This document shows positions 55,040 through 64,000 of a stretch of 64,000 nt of DNA, one piece after another. Each line of letters begins with the position of its first letter. Position 1 is the stretch's first letter. Both the position numbers and the translations under genes were made by a program. The notes below the pieces were generated by a model. It worked only from the letters and a program-made list of their open reading frames with translations, did not search any database and was not told where the DNA came from. Source of the DNA: an uncultured Planctomycetaceae bacterium (lineage in GTDB: Bacteria > Planctomycetota > Planctomycetia > Planctomycetales > Planctomycetaceae); assembly GCA_963815195.1 (NCBI GenBank), contig CAWFGE010000017.1:160001-224000 (forward strand), in the 5' to 3' direction.

Positions 55040-56266
55040 ATGCATGTGTATTTGCTGGCGACGCTGGACACCAAGGGGCATGAGGCGGGGTTTCTGCGCG
55101 ACTTGCTGATCGGGCTGGGCGTCTCGGTGCAGGTCGTGGATGCGGGCTGCCTCGGCGAGCCGTTGATCGAGGCGGATGTTCCGCGGGAAGATCTTTTTGC
55201 CGCGGCGGGATATTCGTCCGAGGTCCTCAAAACCCAAGCCGACCGCGGGGCCGCGGTGAAGGCTGCCGCGGAAGGGGCGGCCGCTTTGATTCGCGACCGC
55301 GATGCCGCGGGGCAAGTCGCCGGCGTGTTGGGCCTGGGCGGATCGGCGGGAACCACGATCGCGACCGCTGCGATGCGGGCCCTTCCCATCGGCCTCCCCA
55401 AGTTGATGGTCAGCACGCTCGCATCCGGAAGGGTGCGGTCTTGGGTGGGCGACAAAGATATCTTGATGCTCAATTCCGTCGTGGACATCGCGGGCCTCAA
55501 CCGCATCAGCCGGGCGATCTTCGACGAGGCCGCGCGGGCGATGGCGGGACTTGTGACTTTGAAAACCCCGGCTCCACAAACCGCGACCGACGCCGACCGC
55601 CCGCTCGTCGCCGCCACGATGTTCGGCGTCACCACGCCCTCTGTCGAGCATGCCCGCCAGATTCTGGAAGCCGCCGGCTACGAGGTGTTGGTGTTTCATG
55701 CCACCGGCAACGGCGGGCAGGCTCTGGAATCCCTCGTCGCGGACGGCTTACTCGCGGGCGTTCTGGATCTCACCACGACCGAGCTTGCCGATGAACTGGT
55801 CGGCGGGATTCTTTCCGCCGGTCCCGACCGCCTCACCGCGGCGGGAAATCGCGGGATTCCGCAAGTGATTTCCGTGGGCGCGACGGATATGGTCAACTTC
55901 GGCCCCAGGGATTCCATCCCCGAAAAATTCGCAGGCCGGACGTTCTACGAGCATAACCCCACCGTCACGTTGATGCGGACCACGCCCGCAGAGTGCGCCC
56001 AGATTGGCGAGGAAATCGCCCGAAAAGCCGCGGCTGCGACGGGCCCCACCGCAATCGTTCTGCCGTTGGAGGGAGTTTCCGCCATCGACAAAGCCGGGCA
56101 GCCGTTCGATGATCCCGCCGCCCGTGAGAGCCTGTTTCAATCGATCCGCAAGCACCAGGGCGAAACGGAACTCGTGGAGTTGCCCTTTCACATCAACGAC
56201 TCCGCCTTCGCCGAGTTCGCCGCGCGGAAGCTGTTGGAACTGATGGCCCAAGCGCAGTCCGCTTAG
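55040..56266 (+). CDS. Tm-1-like ATP-binding domain protein (UPF0261)
   Basis: TLDTKG.E, GGSAGT, LPIGLPK.MVST, SVVDIAGLN, TMFGVTT, FHATG.GG, DMVNFG, TLMRT, HIND. Confidence 0.92.
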   Translation: MHVYLLATLDTKGHEAGFLRDLLIGLGVSVQVVDAGCLGEPLIEADVPREDLFAAAGYSSEVLKTQADRGAAVKAAAEGAAALIRDRDAAGQVAGVLGLGGSAGTTIATAAMRALPIGLPKLMVSTLASGRVRSWVGDKDILMLNSVVDIAGLNRISRAIFDEAARAMAGLVTLKTPAPQTATDADRPLVAATMFGVTTPSVEHARQILEAAGYEVLVFHATGNGGQALESLVADGLLAGVLDLTTTELADELVGGILSAGPDRLTAAGNRGIPQVISVGATDMVNFGPRDSIPEKFAGRTFYEHNPTVTLMRTTPAECAQIGEEIARKAAAATGPTAIVLPLEGVSAIDKAGQPFDDPAARESLFQSIRKHQGETELVELPFHINDSAFAEFAARKLLELMAQAQSA

Positions 56267-57645
56267 TATTCCCATTCCAGCACGGCCCCGGTGATGTAAC
56301 GCTGCGCGGCGAACAGCGGGTTTTTGGAAGCGAAGTCGTTGTAATTGAACACGAGCGCTGTCGAGAGATGGCTGCTGAAGTATTTGCGGGCTTCGACGCC
56401 GGCGTTCCAGAGGTTCTCGTTTCGCGACGGGGTGAACTCGTAAGCGAAGTAGTTGCGGTAGCCCCAGCCGCCACGGACGGTGAGTTCGATGGTCGGAACG
56501 ACGGGAAACACGCCTTCGGCGAACAGGTTGACACCATTGAAGCGGTAGTCCGTCCCGCGGGTGATGACGCGGTTGAGATCGACGCCCGCGCGGAGCAGGC
56601 GAAGATGGCGGTACGGCATCGCGACGTCGTGGCTGAGTCCGAGCGTATGGGACCAGCCGTCCTGCGACGTGACGCTCGGCAAGAGGCCGTCGTTGACAAA
56701 ATTCGTCCGCTGCAGCGAGTAATATAAAAACGTCGCCTGGCGATCGTCCCAAAACGTCGCCAGGCTCGCTAACACCGAATGCCGGTTGCCCAGCGTGTTG
56801 CCGGAGAATTCGTCGTGGGTGAATTCGTAATCGAGCCGGGGAACGAAGATCCGATCCTGGGAGAAGTAGAACCATTCGGCGAACCAGCCGGGACGGTAGC
56901 TTTGCAGGTCGAAATTCTGGAAGTCGGGCTGATTGAGCGTGAACTGGCCGCGAAGCGTCGGCCCCGTTCGCCAGGTCCGCGCATCGTGGAGTGTGATTTG
57001 CATATCGGGCGACACATACAATTGGCCGCTCGCGCGGTTGCCGGGCGCCAATTGCCGGCTGATGGGCGCCAACGCCACGTTGCTGTTATATAGAATCCCC
57101 GCCTCCACGCGGAGGTCCAGGTTGTTGGCGAGCCATCTTCGCTGGGGCGGATCGGTGTCTTCCAGGCGGTTGAGAAATTCCTCGCCATCGAATTGCCGGA
57201 CTTCGTAGCCGGCCTGCGCGACCCGGCCGTCGTTCAATTCTTCCAGTTCCGCCTGGGCGGACGCGGCGTAGTCGCTGTCCGGTGCGAGTGCCAGCACGGT
57301 GTCAAACGCCTCGCGGGCCGCGGCGTTCTGGTTTTTGGCTTTCTTAACGCGTCCCAGGTCACACCAGGCGGCGGCGCTGTGCGGGCTGAAGGCGACGGCT
57401 CGCTCGAGGGCCGATTCCGCTTCGTCAAATTCTCCGCGCAGGATCAACGCCCGCCCCAACAGCCGCCACGCCGCCCCATCCTCGGGTTGTTCGCGGATCC
57501 GCTGCTTGAGTTGATCGAGAATCCGGTCCGGCGGGCTGTCTTCCGCCACCTGGCCGAACGCCGTGGGCAAACACAAGCCGCTCAAAAGAAAAGAGAACGC
57601 AACACATCGGCGAATGGATTGGAATCCATCGGTCGAGACATGCAT
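56263..57645 (-). CDS. TPR plus outer-membrane beta-barrel protein (Slam/DUF560-like)
   Basis: Signal peptide, TPR repeats (AWRLLG..., AWCDLG...), Y.SNV start of barrel, alternating aromatic strands, C-terminal LEWEY. Confidence 0.7.
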   Translation of the reverse strand: MHVSTDGFQSIRRCVAFSFLLSGLCLPTAFGQVAEDSPPDRILDQLKQRIREQPEDGAAWRLLGRALILRGEFDEAESALERAVAFSPHSAAAWCDLGRVKKAKNQNAAAREAFDTVLALAPDSDYAASAQAELEELNDGRVAQAGYEVRQFDGEEFLNRLEDTDPPQRRWLANNLDLRVEAGILYNSNVALAPISRQLAPGNRASGQLYVSPDMQITLHDARTWRTGPTLRGQFTLNQPDFQNFDLQSYRPGWFAEWFYFSQDRIFVPRLDYEFTHDEFSGNTLGNRHSVLASLATFWDDRQATFLYYSLQRTNFVNDGLLPSVTSQDGWSHTLGLSHDVAMPYRHLRLLRAGVDLNRVITRGTDYRFNGVNLFAEGVFPVVPTIELTVRGGWGYRNYFAYEFTPSRNENLWNAGVEARKYFSSHLSTALVFNYNDFASKNPLFAAQRYITGAVLEWEY

Positions 57646-57931
57646 GAAGAATCATTCCGGAATGAACCGCGGGCGCGATCAGGCCAAATCTCGCATCGGC
57701 ACCAGGAGAATCCCGGTGAAGATTTCTGCTCGAAACGATCGAAGAATTCAAGGGATGCAAGTTGACCAGCGGCGGGATTATTGCCGAAGATCTATTCTTG
57801 ACGCAATACGGGCCGACACCATATCGTTCCCCACTCTCCCCCCATCCCGAAACGTCGGCGGACGCAAATCGCCGCTGACATTTCAGCCCCCCCTCAAGAC
57901 CTGGTTCAGCAAATTGGCAAGGAGGTCAAAC

Positions 57932-58690
57932 ATGCGAATTCTCAGGAATTGTCTTTCCGCCGCGGTGCTGCTTGGTGCCGCGACGAACCTCGCGGCGCAG
58001 CCGCCGTTCACCGACCATCCCGGAAAACCGTCTCTCGCCCAGCAGGCGTTGGACAATCGATTGCGGCGGTTCGACCACGTTTTGCCCAATCAGGCGGCGA
58101 CATCGGCTGCCGGCAGCGCAGCGACTTTGGGCAGTGCGGGCATTCCGGGGTTTGTCAACAACGGCAAACCGGGGCTGTCCGTGAGCAGCAGCCGCATCCC
58201 CGAATCCATCAGGCAGCGGCGAGACGAAGTGTTCGCCCATCAACACTGGAACCAGGGCCAGTACGATCATTTGATCAACCGCAACAAACCGGTGGGTCTG
58301 GGCTTGAAGCCCGATCACGCGGGGATGGGCCAACGAGACAAATTGGGAAAAGACGCGAATAACAACCCCGGCGTCCGGCGGGCGGATCTCGTCTCGCACG
58401 GCCAGAATCGGCGTGCCTACACGCAAGCCGAACGCCTGTTGGCCAAACGGTTGGCCCAGATCGATCGCCTGCGCGAGAAATATTTGGAAACCGGCAACAG
58501 CCAGCTTTTGAACCAGGCGGATCAACTGGAGAAACTGGCCCGCCAGCAATACGAGTTCCGCTTGGACGGCCGGGATCCGCTTCCCGACGGCGGATTCAAT
58601 CCGTCTCAGGGAAAGCCGGCGTTTGCAGGCGACGGCTCCAGCGGTTCACAAACCGCGGAACTCCCGCCGGCGCCGACCGACACGCCATAA
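57932..58690 (+). CDS. Secreted hypothetical protein
   Basis: GGAGG RBS, signal peptide, repeated GKP motifs, helical segment ERLLAKRLAQIDRLRE, downstream terminator. Confidence 0.72.
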   Translation: MRILRNCLSAAVLLGAATNLAAQPPFTDHPGKPSLAQQALDNRLRRFDHVLPNQAATSAAGSAATLGSAGIPGFVNNGKPGLSVSSSRIPESIRQRRDEVFAHQHWNQGQYDHLINRNKPVGLGLKPDHAGMGQRDKLGKDANNNPGVRRADLVSHGQNRRAYTQAERLLAKRLAQIDRLREKYLETGNSQLLNQADQLEKLARQQYEFRLDGRDPLPDGGFNPSQGKPAFAGDGSSGSQTAELPPAPTDTP

Positions 58691-58717
58691 CGGAGTGGAT
58701 CTTTTATCAACTCGTCC

Positions 58718-58754
58718 GAGAGGAGCCGCCTCACCGGTGGTTCCTCTTTTTTTT
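58718..58754 (+). terminator. Intrinsic terminator
   Basis: agaggagccgcc...ggtggttcctct followed by a T-run. Confidence 0.7.
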
Positions 58755-59074
58755 GATGATCTCGCCCGCGATGTGGCGGGTTTGATCCTGATTCATAAGT
58801 TTCCCTCCGCTTGCTATGATCAAGCTGTAAGAGGATGAACCACGAAACACACAAAAGACACGAAAAGAAGAAGGGAAGTTTCCGTTTCAAGAGCCGCGCA
58901 CGAAGTAAGCGGTTTTCAGGGATTCAGACAACGCAAGACCGCTTACTTCGTGCGCGGCTCTCCACTTTTGTGGCTTGGGAAACACGCCGCCAAAAAGGCC
59001 GGCCCTCCCCACAAGCTGCGTGTCGTTTACAGTTTGAATTTTTACCGTGTTCTCTTGATGCTCTCGCGTGGATT

Positions 59075-60513
59075 GTGCCGACGTTGGCTGCCGATACGAC
59101 ATTTCCGCGTCCCTTGGTGGAAGAGGTTTCGCCTTGCCCCGCCGTGATGGAGGCGTTCGCGGTCTGGGCGTCGGAGCCGAATGTCCTGCTGTTGGAAAGC
59201 GCGCTCGAGCGGCCGGGCGTGGGGCGGTATTCGTTTTTGACCGCCGAACCATTCGAGGTGCACACGCTCCCGCGCATCCGGTTCGGCAGCGATCCGTTCG
59301 CCGATCTTCGCCAGCGAATGCAGCGATACCAAGCCGCGACCGTTCCCGATTTGCCGCCCTTCCAAGGCGGGGCGGCCGGGCTGTTGGGTTATGAACTCGG
59401 CGGGGCCTGGGAACGGATTCCCCGCGTGGGCGTCGATGAGTTTCAAATCCCCGATCTCGTCGTGGGCCTCTACGATTGGGTCATCGCCTGGGACCACACG
59501 CAAAACCGGTGCTGGATCATCGCCCACGGATTTTCGCCGACCCCCGACAGCACCACGCCGGGCCGAACCGACCGGGCCGCGGCCACGATCCGCCGCGTGC
59601 GGGAACGGCTCAAAACCGCGCACCGATTTCCGGCACCGGCTTCACCGATCAAACCTCAATCTTTAACATCTCTCGCCCCAGAGTGGCCGGTGCCGGGGTT
59701 TCAGAATCTGACCAGCGACTTTTCCAAGAACGATTATCTCAAAACCGTCGAGCGGGTGATTGAATACATCTTCGCGGGCGACATCTTTCAGGCGAACTTG
59801 TCGCAACGGCTGTTGGCCCCGGCGGCGTGCGATCCCGTCGAACTCTACCGCCGGCTTCGGCGATACAATCCCGCCCCGTTTGCGGGATATTTTCAGCATG
59901 ACGATTGGGCGATCGTCAGTGCCTCGCCGGAGCGGTTTCTTCATGTGAAAGACCACACCGTGGAGACCCGGCCGATCAAGGGCACGCGCCGGCGGCAGTC
60001 GGGTCCGGAAGCCGACCTCTTCACCCGCGATGCCCTCCGCGAAAGCGAAAAAGACCAGGCCGAGAACGTGATGATCGTGGACCTGCTCAGGAACGACCTT
60101 TCCCGCGTGTGCCAGCCGGGGAGCCTTCGCGTGCCGGCCTTGTGCAATGTCGAGACCTACGAAACCGTGCAGCATCTGGTCTCGGAAATCCGCGGCGAGT
60201 TGGCAGCCGGGCGGGATGTGTGGGACCTCTGGGCGGCGGCGTTTCCCGGCGGCTCGATCACCGGGCGCCCAAGGTGCGGGCGATGGAAATCATCAGCGAA
60301 CTCGAGCCCACGGTCCGCGGCCCCTATTGCGGGAACCTGTTTTACGCCGGCTTCGACGGCAGCGCCGACAGCAGCATCTTGATCCGCACCCTGATTTCCC
60401 GATATGGCTGGGTGCAATGTTCCGTCGGCGGCGGCATCGTCGCCCAATCCGACCCGCTCGCCGAGTACGAAGAAACCTGGCACAAAGCCGAGGCCATGCT
60501 CAGAGCCCTTTAG
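59075..60513 (+). CDS. pabB: Aminodeoxychorismate synthase component I (apparent frameshift ~60266)
   Basis: [70 protein letters not shown]. Start approximate. Confidence 0.85.
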
Positions 60514-60658
60514 TTTGGAGCCGAAGGATTCGCTGTCGGATCATTAGCCGCAGGGCGCCAGCCCCGGTTTCCCAGAACCAGAACGTCTGAAGTTTGTTAT
60601 GATAAAAAGGCATGCCGAGATGGACGCCTTTTGACCGCGAATGATTTGAGTGATCGAG

Positions 60659-62139
60659 ATGTTTGAAGCCGCCGAAGTGGGCCGCCAGGTTTCCAAAAAG
60701 GTTTACAAGGACGAAGACCGCAAGCTGCAGACGGCGCTGTTGGAACAGCAGCGGGCCATGCGGGACGCGAAAGTTCCGCTCCTAATCATCGTCGCGGGCG
60801 TGGAAGGCGCGGGGAAGGGCGAGGTCGTGAACCTCCTTTACACATGGTTGGATACGCGGGGCCTCGAAACGCACGCGTTTTTCGATGAAACCGACGAGGA
60901 GCGCGAGCGGCCGATGCATTGGCGGTTCTGGCGGCGACTGCCGGCGCGGGGGCGGATCGGCGTGATGTTCGGCTCCTGGTACACGCAGCCGATTATCGAT
61001 CGGGCCTACGACCAGATCAGCGAGGAGGTCTTCGACGACCGGATGCGGCACGTGGGCATCCTGGAGCGCCTGCTGAACGACGACGGCTATCTCATTGTGA
61101 AGCTCTGGTATCATCTGCCCAAAAAGGAGCAAAAACGCCGGGCCAAGACGCAACAGAACGAGAACGAATCCCTGCGGCTCTCGCCTTATGTCGGCGAGTT
61201 CAGCAAGAACTACAAAGAATTCGCCGAGGTGTCCCAACGGGCGATCCGCTTGACCGACACCGGCCACGCTCCCTGGCAGTTGATCGAAGCCACCGATTGG
61301 CGGTACCGCAACCTGGCGACGGGCCAGTTGATCCTCCGCGCGATGCAGCATCGGTTGGAAGCCGACGGCCGCCAGCCGGCTCCGATTGTGGACGATCTCC
61401 CTTCGATTCAAATCCCCGCGCGACCGAGACGATTCTCGATCACGTGGATCTTTCCCAGACTCTTTCCGATAAGGATTACGAGTCGCAGTTGGAGGAGAGC
61501 CAGCGGAATCTCAATGCGCTCGCCTGGAAAGCCTGGCAGAAAAAACGCTCGCTCGTGATGGTGTTCGAGGGCTGGGACGCGGCAGGCAAAGGCGGGGTCA
61601 TCCGCCGCGTCACCGCGGCCATGGATGCCCGGCTGTTCCAGGTGATTCCGGTGGCCGCTCCCACGGACGAAGAACAAGCCCATCATTACCTGTGGCGGTT
61701 TTGGCGGCTGCTCCCGCGGGACGGGAAAATCTCCATCTTCGATCGTTCCTGGTACGGCCGGGTGCTGGTGGAGCGCGTCGAGGGCTACGCCGGGCGGGAA
61801 GAATGGATGCGGGCTTACCGCGAAATCAACGAGTTTGAAGAGCAACTCAACGTGCATGGGACGATCGTCGCCAAGTTCTGGCTGCACATCAGCAAGGACG
61901 AGCAATACCGCCGCTTCAAATCGCGCGAGGAAACGCCCTGGAAGGAATACAAGATCACGCCGGACGATTGGCGGAACCGCGAAAAGTGGGACGATTACCG
62001 GGCCGCCGTCAACGAAATGATCACCCGCACCGGAACGGAATACGCCCCCTGGCACGTCGTGCCCACGGAGGACAAACACTTCGGCCGCGTACTGGTGCTT
62101 AATACGCTGTGCGACACGCTCAAGCGGGAGCTTTCGTAA
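60659..62139 (+). CDS. pap: Two-domain PPK2-family polyphosphate:AMP phosphotransferase (apparent frameshift ~61420)
   Basis: GVEGAGKG and GSWY in domain 1; EGWDAAGKGG, DRSWYGRVLVERVEG, KFWLHIS, DWRNREKW in domain 2. Confidence 0.88.
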
Positions 62140-62298
62140 CGCGGAAAAGCACCGGCCAAAGGTAGCATTCCCCGCGTTCGGCCCCCTCACCCCCGAGGGG
62201 AGAGGCGACAAAACCAAGGCGCTCGCTTGCACACGCATTGGACAATGCGGACAATTTGGATGACCGCGTTCGACATCCACCGCTTTGGGAGAAGTCTC

Positions 62299-63629
62299 AT
62301 GCGCCCGTTCCGCTGCCTGTTGCTGGTTTTGTTGTTGCCGTCCCTCGCGTTGGCTCAACCCGAGAAAAGCCGCGAGCAGAAAGTCCGCGACGACCGGGCG
62401 AAGGTCGTGGCGGACGGGTTTTGGATCTATAACGACTTGCCCAAGGCGTTTGCGGAAGCCCGGCGGACCAAGAAGCCGCTGCTCGTCGTGCTCCGGTGCA
62501 TTCCCTGCGAAGAGTGCGTGAAACTCGACGATGACCTGGTGGATCAAGATCCCGTCATCCGCCCGTTGCTCGAGAAGTTCGTCTGCGTCCGGCAGGTGTC
62601 CACCAACGGCTTGGACCTGAAGACGTTCCAATACGATACCGACCAGTCGTTTGCCGTGTTCATGCTGAATGCCGACGGCACGATCTACGGGCGGTTCGGC
62701 ACGCGGTCGCATCGCACGGAATGGCTCGAAGACGTTTCGCTCGCGGGCATGGCGAAGGCGCTCAAGGGGCGCTCGAGCTTCATCAGAATGATCCAAAGAA
62801 CAAAGCGGCCCTCGCCGGCAAACGCGGTGCGCCTCTCGAAGTGGACTCGCCGGAAAAATACCCCGCCCTTAAGGACAAATACACGAATGCGCTGAACTAC
62901 GAGGGCAACGTGGTGCAAAGCTGCATTCACTGCCATCAGATCGGCGACGCTCAACGGCAGTTCTACCGCGAAGCCGGGAAGACGATCCCGGAAAAAGTCC
63001 TGTTTCCCTATCCGCATCCGAAAAGCGTGGGGCTGATTCTCGATCCCGAAGAAATGGCGACAGTGAAAAAAGTCACGCCCGGTTCCCCGGCCGCAGCGGC
63101 GGGATTCCAAGCCGGCGATGAGGTCAAAACCCTAAACGGGCAGCCGCTGTTGTCGATCGCCGACGTGCAGTGGGTTCTCCACAACACCGATCCCGCCGGC
63201 GGAGTTGTTCCCGCGGAAGTCGACCGCGGCGGCAAGCGAGTGGCTTTGGAGCTTTCGCTCGAAAAGGACTGGCGGCGGGCGGGCGATATTTCCTGGCGGG
63301 TCACCTCGTGGGGACTTCGCAGGATGTCAACGGGCGGCATGAAATTGGAGCCGCTGCCGACGGAAGATCGCCATCGCCTCAAGATTCCCGCCGAGTCGAT
63401 GGCCCTGCTGGTGAGGCACGTCGGACAGTACGGCCCCCACGCCGCCGCCAAGAACGCCGGCTTTCAGCCGGGGGATGTCATCGTCGAATTCGACGGCCGG
63501 GACGACCTGTTGACGGACTCCGCCGTCTTGGCGTATGGCGTCACCCAAAAGAAGCCCGGCGACCAGGTGGCGGTCGCGATCCTGCGAAACGGCAAGAAAC
63601 GAACCCTCAAACTTCCCATGCAAAAATGA
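62299..63629 (+). CDS. Trx7/PDZ-domain secreted protein (apparent frameshift ~62770)
   Basis: Signal peptide, WIYND...PL.V..RCIPCEEC thioredoxin-like domain, SCIHCH, two PDZ domains (SPAAAAGFQAGD, AAKNAGFQPGD). Confidence 0.85.
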
Positions 63630-63643
63630 TCCGGCGGTCTTTG

Positions 63644-64000
63644 ATGTCCAATGCTGATCTTGCCGTGGTCCAGTATCTCGAATTGGCAAAGATTTCCGAG
63701 GCGAAGCAGCAATCCTCCGGCTCCGACCGCTTTTTGGTCCTGGCGGCGGAGGCGGCTTGCCGGGCCGGTTGGCTGGATGTGGCCGAGCGCTGCCGGCGGA
63801 TTGTCCTCACGCACAATCCGCATCATCTTATCCGCCGCTGGCCGACGGTTCCCGATGCCCTCCGCAGCAAGGAATTCCAGCCGTTCCTCAAACAACTGGG
63901 GCGGTTTTGCAGCGTCGAGCGAGCCGAGACGTTGTTGAGCGAACTCGATCGGAGCATCAAAGTGGACGCGGCCGATTCGCTCGGCGACCTGGCCCGCGCA
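63644..64000 (+). CDS. Hypothetical protein, truncated by the window end
   Basis: Open frame from ATG 63644: MSNADLAVVQYLELAKISEAKQQSSGSDRFLVLAAEAACRAGWLDVAERCRR..HNPHHL. No stop seen before 64000. Confidence 0.7.
   Translation, partial: MSNADLAVVQYLELAKISEAKQQSSGSDRFLVLAAEAACRAGWLDVAERCRRIVLTHNPHHLIRRWPTVPDALRSKEFQPFLKQLGRFCSVERAETLLSELDRSIKVDAADSLGDLARA

Overview
GC-rich bacterial window, very probably Planctomycetota (Planctomycetaceae-like). The assignment rests on DUF1501, Trx7/PDZ, SgcJ/EcaC plus 'protocadherin-like', HTH_17-receiver and CsrA-receiver proteins typical of that phylum. It is mostly core and lineage-specific genes: murD, tadA, rnr, yhaM, hslVU, pabB, PPK2, a LOG-family protein, a cysteine desulfurase, and large secreted or HEAT/PQQ proteins. 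Many REP/MITE-like palindromes and one IS4-type transposase relic are present. No rRNA, tRNA, CRISPR array or prophage was seen. About 13 apparent single-site frameshifts affect 12 genes. Nearly all lie at or next to GCGC, which points to long-read basecalling errors at a methylated motif rather than pseudogenisation. The most interesting items are: (1) a divergent signalling locus (18.5-23.5 kb) with an HTH-receiver gene, a 1.27-kb intergenic region containing GGA-loop hairpins, and a CsrA-receiver fusion, a KaiB-like gene with no kaiC, and a PAS hybrid kinase; (2) a catalytically degenerate RpiB homolog translationally coupled to a receiver-kinase; (3) an orphan TssL/DotU gene, a Slam-like TPR/beta-barrel gene with a divergent secreted protein, and a ~2,120-aa secreted macroglobulin-like protein. 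All family calls come from motif recognition by eye, with no database searches.
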